A stretch of 64,000 nt of DNA. Source: Methanobrevibacter sp. GTDB lineage: Archaea; Methanobacteriota; Methanobacteria; Methanobacteriales; Methanobacteriaceae. The notes below the pieces were generated by a model. The model ran no database searches, was not told the origin of the DNA, and saw nothing but the letters and a program-made list of their open reading frames with translations. How positions within the stretch are numbered: position 1 is the stretch's first letter; each line of letters begins with the position of its first letter. The translations under genes were made by a program, and so were the position numbers. Below, one piece after another: positions 48,173-57,213 of the stretch. The stretch spans positions 79,949 to 143,948 of the forward strand of contig NZ_JAFYHP010000009.1 in assembly GCF_017539065.1 (NCBI RefSeq). Direction: 5' to 3'.

Positions 48173-48601
48173 GTGACAAGTAGATCTGCTACAGTATTGG
48201 TTATTTTTATAATTGCGATTTTAGCATTTTGCCTTGCAAGTGTTTTCGCAGCTATGACAGGGCCGATTTCAATTTTGCCTCAAGAAAGTGATTCTGGAGG
48301 AATATTAGATAATCTTTCAGCGATTACTGATGATATAGATAGTAATGATAATTCTTATGGTTATCAGGACTATAACGATTATTCAAGTTATGATTCTTCA
48401 GATTATAGTAGTGATGATTCAAGCAATGTCGAAACAACTACTGACGATTCATCCAGTAGTTCGGACTCAGGCTCAGATTCCGGTTCATCAGACAGTTCCA
48501 GTAATATAGAAACCACAACTGATTCATCCAGTTCTAAAAATGTTAAAAGCGTTAAAGATTCCAGCAGCAATAATCCAAATATTGAGACTACCACTGGATA
48601 A
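48173..48601 (+). CDS. Ser/Asp-rich secreted or anchored low-complexity protein
   Basis: GTG 48173 follows AAAGGTG. N-terminal hydrophobic segment VLVIFIIAILAFCLASVFA. The C-terminal part is Ser-rich with a threefold N[VI]ETTT motif. Confidence 0.55.
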   Translation: MTSRSATVLVIFIIAILAFCLASVFAAMTGPISILPQESDSGGILDNLSAITDDIDSNDNSYGYQDYNDYSSYDSSDYSSDDSSNVETTTDDSSSSSDSGSDSGSSDSSSNIETTTDSSSSKNVKSVKDSSSNNPNIETTTG

Positions 48602-48615
48602 TCTTTATTCTTTTT

Positions 48616-49308
48616 TTAAAAATCCAATAGCTTTTCAACGTCGAATATTACGGAGTTAATAGCTAAGTTGAACAGCCTTTCTCCATATTCCTCATCCACA
48701 TAGACGCCATTTTCTTCAATGTCCATTGCACCTTCTTCAATATTGGGATCATCTTCTCGTGCTTGTTTGAATCCATGCAGGCCAACTTCTTCATATTCGT
48801 CAACATTAGCCTGATTTACAACTTCTTCATCATCAATAATGCCTAAAACCTTAGCCATTGACAGTTCACCGCTTCCTCCATGAGGACCTTCAGAAGAGAT
48901 TACCTTGTTGTTGAATGTTATTGACAAATCAGTTTTATCTTCAATATCCCATAATTCAGCCATCAAAGGAATATTTCCTCCATGTGCATTGACAATAACA
49001 ACTTTTTCAATATTCAGGAATTTTTTAGCTTGATTAAGAGTATTAATAACATTCTCCTTCAATTCTTCAAGGGAAACGTGCACTCCATGGTCGATTGTGT
49101 CCAATTCATAAGCTGGAAATATGATTCCTAAAAATTTAGCTCCTGTTATAAGGGATGATTGGAAAGCGATATGTGCTCCGATTTTAGCATCGGTATCAAT
49201 AGGCAGTGCCGGGCCATGGTTTTCCAAGTGGGATCCAAGTGCTATGATTCCAACTTTGTGAACTCCCGGATCTCTGATTTTCCCTGCTCTGTATCTTAAC
49301 TCAGCCAT
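48616..49308 (-). CDS. Creatininase-family amidohydrolase, ArfB-like (archaeal riboflavin/F420 FAPy deformylase type)
   Basis: ATG 49308 follows GGTGA. Creatininase-family motifs LENHGPALPIDTD and NAHGGN. The specific ArfB function is inferred from the archaeal context. Confidence 0.7.
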   Translation of the reverse strand: MAELRYRAGKIRDPGVHKVGIIALGSHLENHGPALPIDTDAKIGAHIAFQSSLITGAKFLGIIFPAYELDTIDHGVHVSLEELKENVINTLNQAKKFLNIEKVVIVNAHGGNIPLMAELWDIEDKTDLSITFNNKVISSEGPHGGSGELSMAKVLGIIDDEEVVNQANVDEYEEVGLHGFKQAREDDPNIEEGAMDIEENGVYVDEEYGERLFNLAINSVIFDVEKLLDF

Positions 49309-49318
49309 ATTATCACCA

Positions 49319-49801
49319 TCATACCTCAAAGTTCCAAATGTCGTCACCGACATAATGTTTGGTTTCAACCGCTTTTCCGGAATCATTTGCAACCATTTCT
49401 TCACCGCTGATTAAACTAATGCCAATAGCCAATGGTTTTCCATGTGTTTCATCAATTATCAGGACAATGTCTCCAGGTTCAACGCCTTCGGAGGCATCGA
49501 CAATTCCAGGGCTCATAATATCGGCGCCATTGCTTACAAATCTGATGGCTCCCATATCTACAGTAACGGTTTTGGATTCGATATCTGTCTTGAGTGCTGC
49601 TTTAAGTGTTGGGAATGGTTTATCATCAATTATTATAATGTAAGGTTCTCCATCTACTAAAATAAATGAATTAGGTTCGGCTTCAAGGATTTCCACATTC
49701 TTTTTTCCTTGAAGTAAATCTCCATATTCTCCTAATTCCGCTTTTATTTCTTTAATTTTCTTTTTTTTCAAGAAATTTCTTTTTTTAACTTTAATTACCA
49801 T
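49319..49801 (-). CDS. PUA-domain RNA-binding protein (MCT-1/Tma20-like)
   Basis: 160 aa. C-terminal PUA-like block VTVDMGAIRFVSNGADIMSPGI ... GDIVLIIDETHGKPLAIG. Confidence 0.75.
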   Translation of the reverse strand: MVIKVKKRNFLKKKKIKEIKAELGEYGDLLQGKKNVEILEAEPNSFILVDGEPYIIIIDDKPFPTLKAALKTDIESKTVTVDMGAIRFVSNGADIMSPGIVDASEGVEPGDIVLIIDETHGKPLAIGISLISGEEMVANDSGKAVETKHYVGDDIWNFEV

Positions 49802-49844
49802 GATATCCCAATAGTATTTTGTTAAATAATATTTTGTATTTGGA

Positions 49845-50345
49845 TTAAATAAAGCTATTTGTTAATATTGAATATTCATCATTTCTTGAAAAAACATATC
49901 TAAAATCAATTTCTTCATCAAGATTGGCGATTATAATCGGCGGATCTTTAATTGCATATCTTGTTATGCTGCTGGCATTATTATGGATTAATTTGTTTAT
50001 AGAATAATTGATTATTTCAAGTTCTTTTGGGCTGAATTTGACATTGGGGATAATTAAGGGATAATATTTGTGTATTATCCTATTGTAATAGGGTTCTTTT
50101 CTAAAAAATAATTGATGGTTCTCTATTAGATCTTGGCTGACTTCTCTGAAATGTATGGGTTTTATTCCTTTTTTCGATTTAATGTAGGTTTCATTTGTGA
50201 GTAATTCCCCATAAATCTCATAATAATTAAAATCAATGAAATATAACATGCTGCACAGCACGGTTTTTCCAAAACTGGGTCTGCTGCTTGCTTGGAATAG
50301 TACATACATTAGGAGGTCAATATATTTCTCACGCTTAAATTTCAT
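49845..50345 (-). CDS. DUF4065 / Panacea-domain protein (SocA/GepA-like)
   Basis: The likely start is ATG 50345 (MKFKREKYIDLL). FGKTVLCSMLYFIDFNYYEIYGELLTNETYIKSKKGIKP matches the DUF4065 N-terminal core (K..KLLYF.D ... G.P). Confidence 0.65.
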   Translation of the reverse strand: MKFKREKYIDLLMYVLFQASSRPSFGKTVLCSMLYFIDFNYYEIYGELLTNETYIKSKKGIKPIHFREVSQDLIENHQLFFRKEPYYNRIIHKYYPLIIPNVKFSPKELEIINYSINKLIHNNASSITRYAIKDPPIIIANLDEEIDFRYVFSRNDEYSILTNSFI

Positions 50346-50399
50346 TAGTATCACGGTGATGGTTGGGTGAAAATACCTTTGTCGCAATTGTAATTTAAT

Positions 50400-50425
50400 A
50401 AGTGAGGGAGAGCATCTGAAAAGTA
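50400..50425 (-). promoter_or_regulatory. Conserved 26-nt promoter-proximal motif, copy A (gene-sense TACTTTTCAGATGCTCTCCCTCACTT)
   Basis: About 55-80 nt upstream of the DUF4065 ATG, followed by the TATA-like TTATTAAAT. 23/26 identical to copy B. Confidence 0.5.
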
Positions 50426-50621
50426 TTTTTTAGTTAATTTCACTTTTGATATTGGATTTTTCCTAATTTTCCTTTAAATTAAGGTAACCTTTATATAGTA
50501 GGTTACTTATAATTATAAGTATTAGTTTTAATTAGGTTTCGTCTTATCTTAACTTGATTATATTATGAGTATTAAATTACTCTATTCATATTAAAAAAAC
50601 TAAAATTTTATAATAATATAA

Positions 50622-50861
<240 letters not shown>

Positions 50862-50911
50862 TATTATTTTTCTAGATTATATTGTTTATGATGAATTAAG
50901 GAGGTGTATCA

Positions 50912-51100
50912 ATGTCAAAGGGAACTCCATCAATGGGTAAAAAGAATAAAAAGACCCATATCAGATGCAGAAGATGTGGTAAAAACACTTACCATATACG
51001 CAAAAAAGTCTGTGCTTCTTGCGGATTCGGTAAATCCAGTAAACTAAGAAGATACAGCTGGCAAAATAAAAAACCAACTACTAGGCAAAGACTAGTATAA
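50912..51100 (+). CDS. rpl37e: 50S ribosomal protein L37e
   Basis: 62 aa, very basic. C4 zinc ribbon CRRCGK ... CASCG. SD AAGGAGGTG. Confidence 0.9.
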   Translation: MSKGTPSMGKKNKKTHIRCRRCGKNTYHIRKKVCASCGFGKSSKLRRYSWQNKKPTTRQRLV

Positions 51101-51114
51101 GTTGGCTAAATTGT

Positions 51115-51152
51115 GAAGATTATTCATTAATCTTCCTTCAAATACTTTTTTT
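51115..51152 (+). terminator. Stem-loop and T7 run after rpl37e
   Basis: GAAGATTA (51115-51122) pairs with TAATCTTC (51128-51135). T-run at 51146-51152. Confidence 0.5.
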
Positions 51153-51221
51153 ACAGATTAATTTTATATACCATTATTTTTAGATAATTCTATTGATTAA
51201 CTACTTTTCGGAGGTCAATCA

Positions 51222-51632
51222 ATGACTGATTTAAATGATATTGCTCGTGAAAATGAGGTAGATTTAGAAAACTGTGTTGTTTTTGTAAGAGGCAACGACG
51301 ATATATTGGCCGTTGACATTTCCAATGCTGGAATTAAACAGAGAAGTGATGGTACTATGGGATTTACTTTTTCAATTTCCCCAAAGGATGCATTGGCGCT
51401 TGAAGAGTATTTCTCCAAATTCACATCAGGAGAGAAATTCTATTTTGACATTTCACAAACCGGCTACAGGCCAGTTTATTATAGGGGATTGTCTCCAATG
51501 ACTAAAGAGGTTAGTCAGGAATATCATCCAAAATTCAATATTACCTTGTTTGCTCAAAAGGCAATTGTGGAAGCGGAAGATTCATATTTTGAACCGACTT
51601 GTGCCTGTTGTGAGTTCTGCCACATAGGATAA
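51222..51632 (+). CDS. Hypothetical protein with C-terminal Cys/His cluster
   Basis: 136 aa. SD GGAGGT upstream. The C-terminus is EPTCACCEFCHIG. No family recognised. Confidence 0.6.
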   Translation: MTDLNDIARENEVDLENCVVFVRGNDDILAVDISNAGIKQRSDGTMGFTFSISPKDALALEEYFSKFTSGEKFYFDISQTGYRPVYYRGLSPMTKEVSQEYHPKFNITLFAQKAIVEAEDSYFEPTCACCEFCHIG

Positions 51633-51668
51633 GGCAAGGGATCAGCAGAGGAGAACCTTTTCGAAGAA

Positions 51669-52004
51669 TTAGAGTTCTCCTTCCAAAGCATCCCACAATT
51701 CAACAGCCCATCCTTGCTTGCCGTCAATCACCATATCCAGCAATCTTACCTTACCGTCCCTAAATCTGAATAATCTGTAGTCCTGTTGTGTTTTTTTAGC
51801 AGTTCCTTCTTTATTGCAGTCAAGATAGATTCCTTCATCATATTCTTCATCAAAATCTCCGGCCTGCACAAAATCTCCTACTAGGGAGTAACCATTCTTT
51901 ACGGTCTTATCTAGCTTTTCAACTGTTTTCAACCATCCGCCCTGTGCTCTGAATTTTATGTCAGGGTCGATTCTTGTTATTTCTTTTTGCCAATTTACGA
52001 TCAT
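51669..52004 (-). CDS. Hypothetical small acidic protein (111 aa)
   Basis: The likely start is ATG 52004 (MIVNWQKE). The upstream part of the track ORF covers the promoter and the conserved motif. No family recognised. Confidence 0.55.
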   Translation of the reverse strand: MIVNWQKEITRIDPDIKFRAQGGWLKTVEKLDKTVKNGYSLVGDFVQAGDFDEEYDEGIYLDCNKEGTAKKTQQDYRLFRFRDGKVRLLDMVIDGKQGWAVELWDALEGEL

Positions 52005-52054
52005 GTTACCAAATCCTTTTTTAATTCTAATTTGGTAATGGGCATATAAATGAA

Positions 52055-52080
52055 AAGTGCGAGAGAGCATTTGAAAAGTA
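52055..52080 (-). promoter_or_regulatory. Conserved 26-nt promoter-proximal motif, copy B (gene-sense TACTTTTCAAATGCTCTCTCGCACTT)
   Basis: About 50-75 nt upstream of ATG 52004, followed by the TATA-like TTTATATG. Confidence 0.5.
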
Positions 52081-52152
52081 ATATACATATTTATATATAA
52101 TATCAAATGTCATATGTTATAATATATTAATAATTATGTTTGGGCTTTAAAA

Positions 52153-52824
52153 ATGAATCTGTTTGAAAAATTTGATATTGAAACTGAAAATGAACATTTA
52201 TATGAAATAGCATTTACACATGCTTCATATGCCACTCTTCATGATTTAGATTACAATTATGAAAGATTGGAGTTTCTAGGAGATTCCGTTCTAAGTTTAA
52301 TCGTATCTGAATACCTATATAAAAAATACCCAGACTATGAAGAAGGGGAATTGACAAAAAAGAGATCCAACTTCGTATGTCAAAACGCATTAATCTATTA
52401 TTCACAGAAACTAGGCCTAAAAGAATATCTGAAAATTTCAGTAGAAGAATCAAATCTAACAAAAAATGAAGTAATTTCCGTAACTGCGGATTTGTTTGAA
52501 TCATTCCTTGGCGCAATACTCATAGACCAGGGAATTGAGTTTACAAAGGAATTCGTTAAACATTGGATTTTCAAATACATAGATCAGGATAGGGTATTTT
52601 TTGAAGATTACAAATCTAAAATGAAGGAATATGGTGATGCAAAAGAAGTATGCATTGAATATGAAATACTCAAAGAATATGGTGTTCCTCATGATAAAAC
52701 ATTCATCATCGCATGTTTAGTCAATGGCAAGGAAATGGGTGTTGGAAGAGGAAAAAATAAAAAAGAAGCTGAACAAGCGGCTGCGAAAGGTGCTATGCGC
52801 AGACTAAGAATCGGGAGGAAGTAA
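52153..52824 (+). CDS. rnc: Ribonuclease III, bacterial type with dsRBD
   Basis: RNase III signature ERLEFLGDSVLS, second catalytic region ADLFESFLGAI, and C-terminal dsRBD (GVPHDKTFIIACLVNGKEMGVGRGKNKKEAEQAAAKGAM). Confidence 0.9.
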   Translation: MNLFEKFDIETENEHLYEIAFTHASYATLHDLDYNYERLEFLGDSVLSLIVSEYLYKKYPDYEEGELTKKRSNFVCQNALIYYSQKLGLKEYLKISVEESNLTKNEVISVTADLFESFLGAILIDQGIEFTKEFVKHWIFKYIDQDRVFFEDYKSKMKEYGDAKEVCIEYEILKEYGVPHDKTFIIACLVNGKEMGVGRGKNKKEAEQAAAKGAMRRLRIGRK

Positions 52825-54291
52825 ATGAACAAAGAATCTGTTGGAATTGTTGAGACAGAATATCTCCAAATATCAGAACCTATCAATTTAGATAGTGGTG
52901 AAGTACTTGAAGAAGTTAGCGTAGCTTATGAAACTTACGGTGAACTTAACAAAGAAAAATCTAATGCAATTTTAGTCTGTCATGCATTAACCGGCGATGC
53001 ACATGCCGCAGGATGGCATGAAGGAGATAAAAAACCAGGTTGGTGGGAAATCGTAATCGGCCCAGGCAAAGCGCTCGATACAGAAAAATACTTTATCATC
53101 TGCTCAAACGTTTTGGGAGGATGTAAGGGAACAACTGGCCCTAGTTCTATCAATCCAAAAACCGGTGAAGAGTATGGTCTTGATTTTCCAGTAATTACCA
53201 TTTCTGACATGGTCAAGGTTCAAAAGAAATTGGTGGATTCATTTGGAATCACTCAATTGGTTGCAGTCATCGGAGGTTCAATGGGAGGAATGCAAGTTCT
53301 CGAATGGATGGTGTCCTATCCTAAAATGATGAAAAAAGCGGTTCCGATAGCCACATCTGCAATGTCTTCTCCACAGCAGATTGCATTCAATGCTGTAGGT
53401 CGCCAGTCAATCTTTTCTGATCCTCACTGGAAAAGTGGAAACTACTATGAATCAGGTGTAATTCCACGTAATGGTTTGTCCCTTGCACGTATGATTGCTC
53501 ACATTACCTATTTGAGTGATGAATCAATGGATATCAAATTCGGACGTGGTCTTCAGGATAAAGAGGAGATCAGTTATGATTTTTCTGTTGATTTCCAGGT
53601 TGAAAGCTACTTAAAACATCAAGGGGAATCATTTGTAAAACGTTTTGACGCTAACAGTTATTTATATATTACAAAAGCCGTTGATTTATTTGACTTATCT
53701 GTAAACGATTCATTAATCGACGGATTTAAAGATGTTCGGGCAAAAGTTGAAGTGATTTCTGTTGATTCCGATTGGTTATATCCAACCGAACAGAGTACAG
53801 ATATCGTAACAGCCTTGAACGCCAATGAAGTTGAGGTATCCTTTTCAGAGATAAAATCAAACTATGGGCACGATGCATTTTTACTTGAAAAAGGACAACT
53901 TGATTTTATTCTTTCAAAATTCCTGTCCGACCGCATTGTTGAAGATATAATGATGGAAGAAATAGCTACAATCAAAGAAACAGACAATGTGCAGCATGCA
54001 GCCAAATTGATGTTGGATAAGCATGTAACTCATATTCCGGTTGTCAGTGATGATAATAGGTTAATTGGTATTGTTACAAGTTGGGATTTATCCAAATCCA
54101 TTGCCAATAATTCAAATCATCTAAAGGATATTATGACTAAAAATGTCAAATATTGTACTGCTGATGAGACAATAGAAGATGTAGCTCGTAAAATGCGCAA
54201 ATTTGATATATCCTGTCTTCCTGTTGTTGATGAGGACATGATTGTTCTAGGATTGATTACAACAGACCAAATTAGTAATTTATTAAGTTAA
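52825..54291 (+). CDS. metX: Homoserine O-acetyltransferase with C-terminal CBS-domain pair
   Basis: Alpha/beta-hydrolase core with nucleophile elbow GGSMGGMQ and [16 protein letters not shown] near the end of the catalytic domain. Two CBS motifs at the C-terminus. The ATG directly abuts the rnc stop. Confidence 0.9.
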   Translation: MNKESVGIVETEYLQISEPINLDSGEVLEEVSVAYETYGELNKEKSNAILVCHALTGDAHAAGWHEGDKKPGWWEIVIGPGKALDTEKYFIICSNVLGGCKGTTGPSSINPKTGEEYGLDFPVITISDMVKVQKKLVDSFGITQLVAVIGGSMGGMQVLEWMVSYPKMMKKAVPIATSAMSSPQQIAFNAVGRQSIFSDPHWKSGNYYESGVIPRNGLSLARMIAHITYLSDESMDIKFGRGLQDKEEISYDFSVDFQVESYLKHQGESFVKRFDANSYLYITKAVDLFDLSVNDSLIDGFKDVRAKVEVISVDSDWLYPTEQSTDIVTALNANEVEVSFSEIKSNYGHDAFLLEKGQLDFILSKFLSDRIVEDIMMEEIATIKETDNVQHAAKLMLDKHVTHIPVVSDDNRLIGIVTSWDLSKSIANNSNHLKDIMTKNVKYCTADETIEDVARKMRKFDISCLPVVDEDMIVLGLITTDQISNLLS

Positions 54292-54328
54292 ATTACTTCT
54301 TTTTTTTATTATTCATGTTGGGGATATC

Positions 54329-54892
54329 ATGTCTATAAATGTTGATTTATTTTATTTTATTAATCATAATCTGCAAAATCCGATATGTGATATGATTCTG
54401 CCGCTTATAACTCATTTGGGCGGTTTTATATGGTTATTGATAATATTGGTTGTTCTTATAATATATGCAAAGCTGAAAAACAAGGAAACCCTTAAAAAGG
54501 TAGCCATCATTGCATTATGCGCTTTGTTGTTTGCTGATTTGATAACCTATGCTGTCAAGCTCATTGTCCAGGAGCCAAGACCATATTTGACTTTGGATAA
54601 TGTACGTCTGCTGGTATATGAGGAGGATGTATTCGCCTTTCCGTCAGGCCATTCCACTTCAACAGTGGCAGTAATTACTATTTTTGTTTTAAAAATCAGG
54701 GAACTGGTTAAAAAACATTATAATGTTGCTAAAATCCTTTTGATACTATTTGCAATTGTTATCATGTTTTCAAGAATCTATTGTGGTGTCCATTATCCGT
54801 TTGATGTTTTAGCGGGGGCAATAATTGGAATTGTTGGTGCATTGGTGGTCAGCAGGTACGAAAACAAGATTTTAAGCAAAATTAATTTTTAG
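54329..54892 (+). CDS. PAP2-family lipid phosphatase
   Basis: The three PAP2 motifs: KLIVQEPRP, PSGHS, SRIYCGVHYPFDV. Multi-TM. Confidence 0.85.
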   Translation: MSINVDLFYFINHNLQNPICDMILPLITHLGGFIWLLIILVVLIIYAKLKNKETLKKVAIIALCALLFADLITYAVKLIVQEPRPYLTLDNVRLLVYEEDVFAFPSGHSTSTVAVITIFVLKIRELVKKHYNVAKILLILFAIVIMFSRIYCGVHYPFDVLAGAIIGIVGALVVSRYENKILSKINF

Positions 54893-55253
54893 TGTTTTGT
54901 CCCAAGCAGATAAAAACGGAATAATAGAGGAAAAATGATGCATAAGTTTAATTTGAATTTCTGCTTGGAACCATTTTTTTGTAACAAAATCTGTTATAGA
55001 TATGTTACATATGTTAAAGATGTATGACCTCATATATAAATGTTTTGTTTTTAATTTTTTTAAAAAAAATAGTTAATATTTTTTTAAATAATAATTTAAC
55101 AATTAATAATTATTTATATTTTATAATTCTTAATGAATATTATTTTTAATGGTATATAAAAGATATTATAGTGTTTGTTATGATTTATATTGGATTATAT
55201 TAATTTTTATAAAAACCATAAAGTTTATATACTATGTAATGTAACATTAACAT

Positions 55254-55281
55254 AAGTAATTATATTTTAACATAATTACTT
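55254..55281 (+). promoter_or_regulatory. Perfect 10-bp inverted repeat, candidate operator of the XRE regulator
   Basis: AAGTAATTAT (55254-55263), 8-nt spacer, ATAATTACTT (55272-55281). About 50 nt upstream of ATG 55330. Confidence 0.5.
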
Positions 55282-55329
55282 AGAGTACTTAAATACTTTT
55301 TGCAAAAATGAATTAATTTGTGGATTACT

Positions 55330-55566
55330 ATGAGAACCATGATTAAATATTTAAGACAGGAGCTCAAGATGAGCCAGAAAGAACTTGGGGATAAAGTTGG
55401 AGTTACCCGGCAAACCATTAATGCATTGGAAAATGGCAGGTATAATCCATCTTTGTTTTTAGCTTATGAAATAACTCAGGTTTTTAATAAAATGATGTTT
55501 AAAGGAGATCGAGAAAAATACTTTGTCATGGAAGAAATATTCATTTTCGATGACGATTACTATTAG
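55330..55566 (+). CDS. XRE/Cro-family helix-turn-helix regulator
   Basis: HTH: MSQKELGDKVGVTRQTINALENGRYNPSL. Small size and an acidic tail, as in the Firmicute HTH + membrane-protein modules. Confidence 0.85.
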   Translation: MRTMIKYLRQELKMSQKELGDKVGVTRQTINALENGRYNPSLFLAYEITQVFNKMMFKGDREKYFVMEEIFIFDDDYY

Positions 55567-55574
55567 GTGATAAA

Positions 55575-56306
55575 ATGATTTTAGATATATATAAGGATGC
55601 ACTTGAATATTCAGCTCAAGACTGGATAAAATTAGTGATATTAGGAGTAATGTGTTTATTTAGTTTCTTATTAATACCTGCTTTTCTTATTACAGGTTAT
55701 AATTACAGAGTTATTAATACTGCAGTACACGGAATCATAAACGGCAGGGATTCCTTGCCTGAATTCGATGATTTGGTAAGCATGTTTGTCGACGGTATAA
55801 AGGTTGTAATAGTTGAGATTGCATATTTAATCGTTCCGATGATTATATTCTTGGTATTTGCACTTATTTCAAGTCAACTAACCGGTGCCGCATCAAGCGG
55901 ATTAATGATTATAGGTTGTTTAATCACATTCATTGTTGTTGTGGCCGCATGCTTAATGAGCCAAATGGCATTATGTCACATGGCATATAATGATGGAGCA
56001 TTTTCAAAAGCCTTCGCTTTAAGTGAAATTAAAAAGGCAATTGATGAAATCGGATGGTTTGAATGCATTGCAACTTACTTAGGATTGATTATCATAACTT
56101 TAGTAATATCCATTGTTGTAACTGCAATCATTGGATTGATATTCACAGCATTTGGAATATCCGGTGCTGCTTTAGGTGCTGATCCAAGTGGCGTATTTGT
56201 GTTAGGGGCATTCATAAACTCAGCAGTTGCAATGTTTATTGTCGGACCATACTTAAGCATATTCAATGCAAGGTCTATCGGATTATTATATTCAATGCAG
56301 GCATAA
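55575..56306 (+). CDS. DUF4013-like polytopic membrane protein, paralog 1
   Basis: N-terminal ALEYSAQDWIKLVILG, SLPEFDD, and VDGIKVVIVEIAYLIVP. About 6 TM segments. Confidence 0.65.
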   Translation: MILDIYKDALEYSAQDWIKLVILGVMCLFSFLLIPAFLITGYNYRVINTAVHGIINGRDSLPEFDDLVSMFVDGIKVVIVEIAYLIVPMIIFLVFALISSQLTGAASSGLMIIGCLITFIVVVAACLMSQMALCHMAYNDGAFSKAFALSEIKKAIDEIGWFECIATYLGLIIITLVISIVVTAIIGLIFTAFGISGAALGADPSGVFVLGAFINSAVAMFIVGPYLSIFNARSIGLLYSMQA

Positions 56307-56315
56307 GGTGATTTG

Positions 56316-57152
56316 ATGGCGAGCATTACTGATTGTGTTGTTGAAGGATTGAAATATCCATTTAATGATATAAAGAAACTTTTAGGCTGTGGTGTGTTAT
56401 TTGCACTAATGAGCGTATTGTCCTTAGGTTTTAGCCTTAAATCTTTTGGCATATTTAAGGCAAGCGTAGATGTAATGGAAAAGACCAATAGTCATTTTTC
56501 AGCCCTGCAATTTTCACAATTGCCGACTGGAGACATTTACATCACAATAGCAATAGCAATTATTAGCTTCATTGTTGCGTTGTTCATTATGGGATACCAG
56601 TATGATATTGTTAAATTCTCAATTGATAAAAAACAAGAGCTTCCTGGATTTGATGATATCTTAGGCATGTTTATAAAGGGAGTTAAATATTTCATAGTAA
56701 CTTTGGCTTATAATATCATTCCAATTCTTGTATTGGCTGCAGGAATAGCATTGCTACAGGACTCCTCAGCAATATTAGTAATTGTCTTTATTGCCATGAT
56801 ATTGTTCATAATTGCGTTTTTCCTCCTGATTATGGCATTAAACAATATGATTGCGCATGATGACATCAGAAAGGCATTTGACTTCAGGGAGATAATCGGC
56901 AATATTGCAAATCTTGGACGGGGCAAGTATATTGGAATAGTCATCTTTACCCTTATCGTATACATGATTATAATGGCTGCTACAAGCTTCATATTGAGTT
57001 TATTGTCAATGGCATTTGTCGCAGCGATTAGCAATCAGGCCGTATGGGTGTCTGCATTCATAGCAATAATTGAAGGTTTATTTATAGATTCTTACGGTGC
57101 ATTATTCTATAATAGGGTTTGCGGATCAATATATAGAGAATCAATAAAATAA
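56316..57152 (+). CDS. DUF4013-like polytopic membrane protein, paralog 2
   Basis: GLKYPFNDIKKLLGCG, ELPGFDD, and IKGVKYFIVTLAYNIIP are collinear with paralog 1. Confidence 0.65.
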   Translation: MASITDCVVEGLKYPFNDIKKLLGCGVLFALMSVLSLGFSLKSFGIFKASVDVMEKTNSHFSALQFSQLPTGDIYITIAIAIISFIVALFIMGYQYDIVKFSIDKKQELPGFDDILGMFIKGVKYFIVTLAYNIIPILVLAAGIALLQDSSAILVIVFIAMILFIIAFFLLIMALNNMIAHDDIRKAFDFREIIGNIANLGRGKYIGIVIFTLIVYMIIMAATSFILSLLSMAFVAAISNQAVWVSAFIAIIEGLFIDSYGALFYNRVCGSIYRESIK

Positions 57153-57153
57153 T

Positions 57154-57180
57154 TAGAATGTTTTCAACATTCTATTTTTT
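57154..57180 (+). terminator. Stem-loop plus T-run after the second DUF4013-like gene
   Basis: TAGAATGTT (57154-57162) pairs with AACATTCTA (57166-57174), followed by TTTTTTCTTTTTTT. Confidence 0.55.
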
Positions 57181-57213
57181 CTTTTTTTAAATAATTTGAT
57201 GGGAGATTTTAAT

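Noticed and set aside
54902-54968. 9-bp inverted repeat CCAAGCAGA ... TCTGCTTGG with a 49-nt loop, just after the PAP2 stop and followed by a T-run. Considered as an sRNA or terminator. It also encloses a 30-codon ORF (MMHKFNLNF...).
   Set aside because: The stem is short relative to the loop. The micro-ORF has no SD. Without comparative data it cannot be told apart from chance complementarity, although it may simply help termination.
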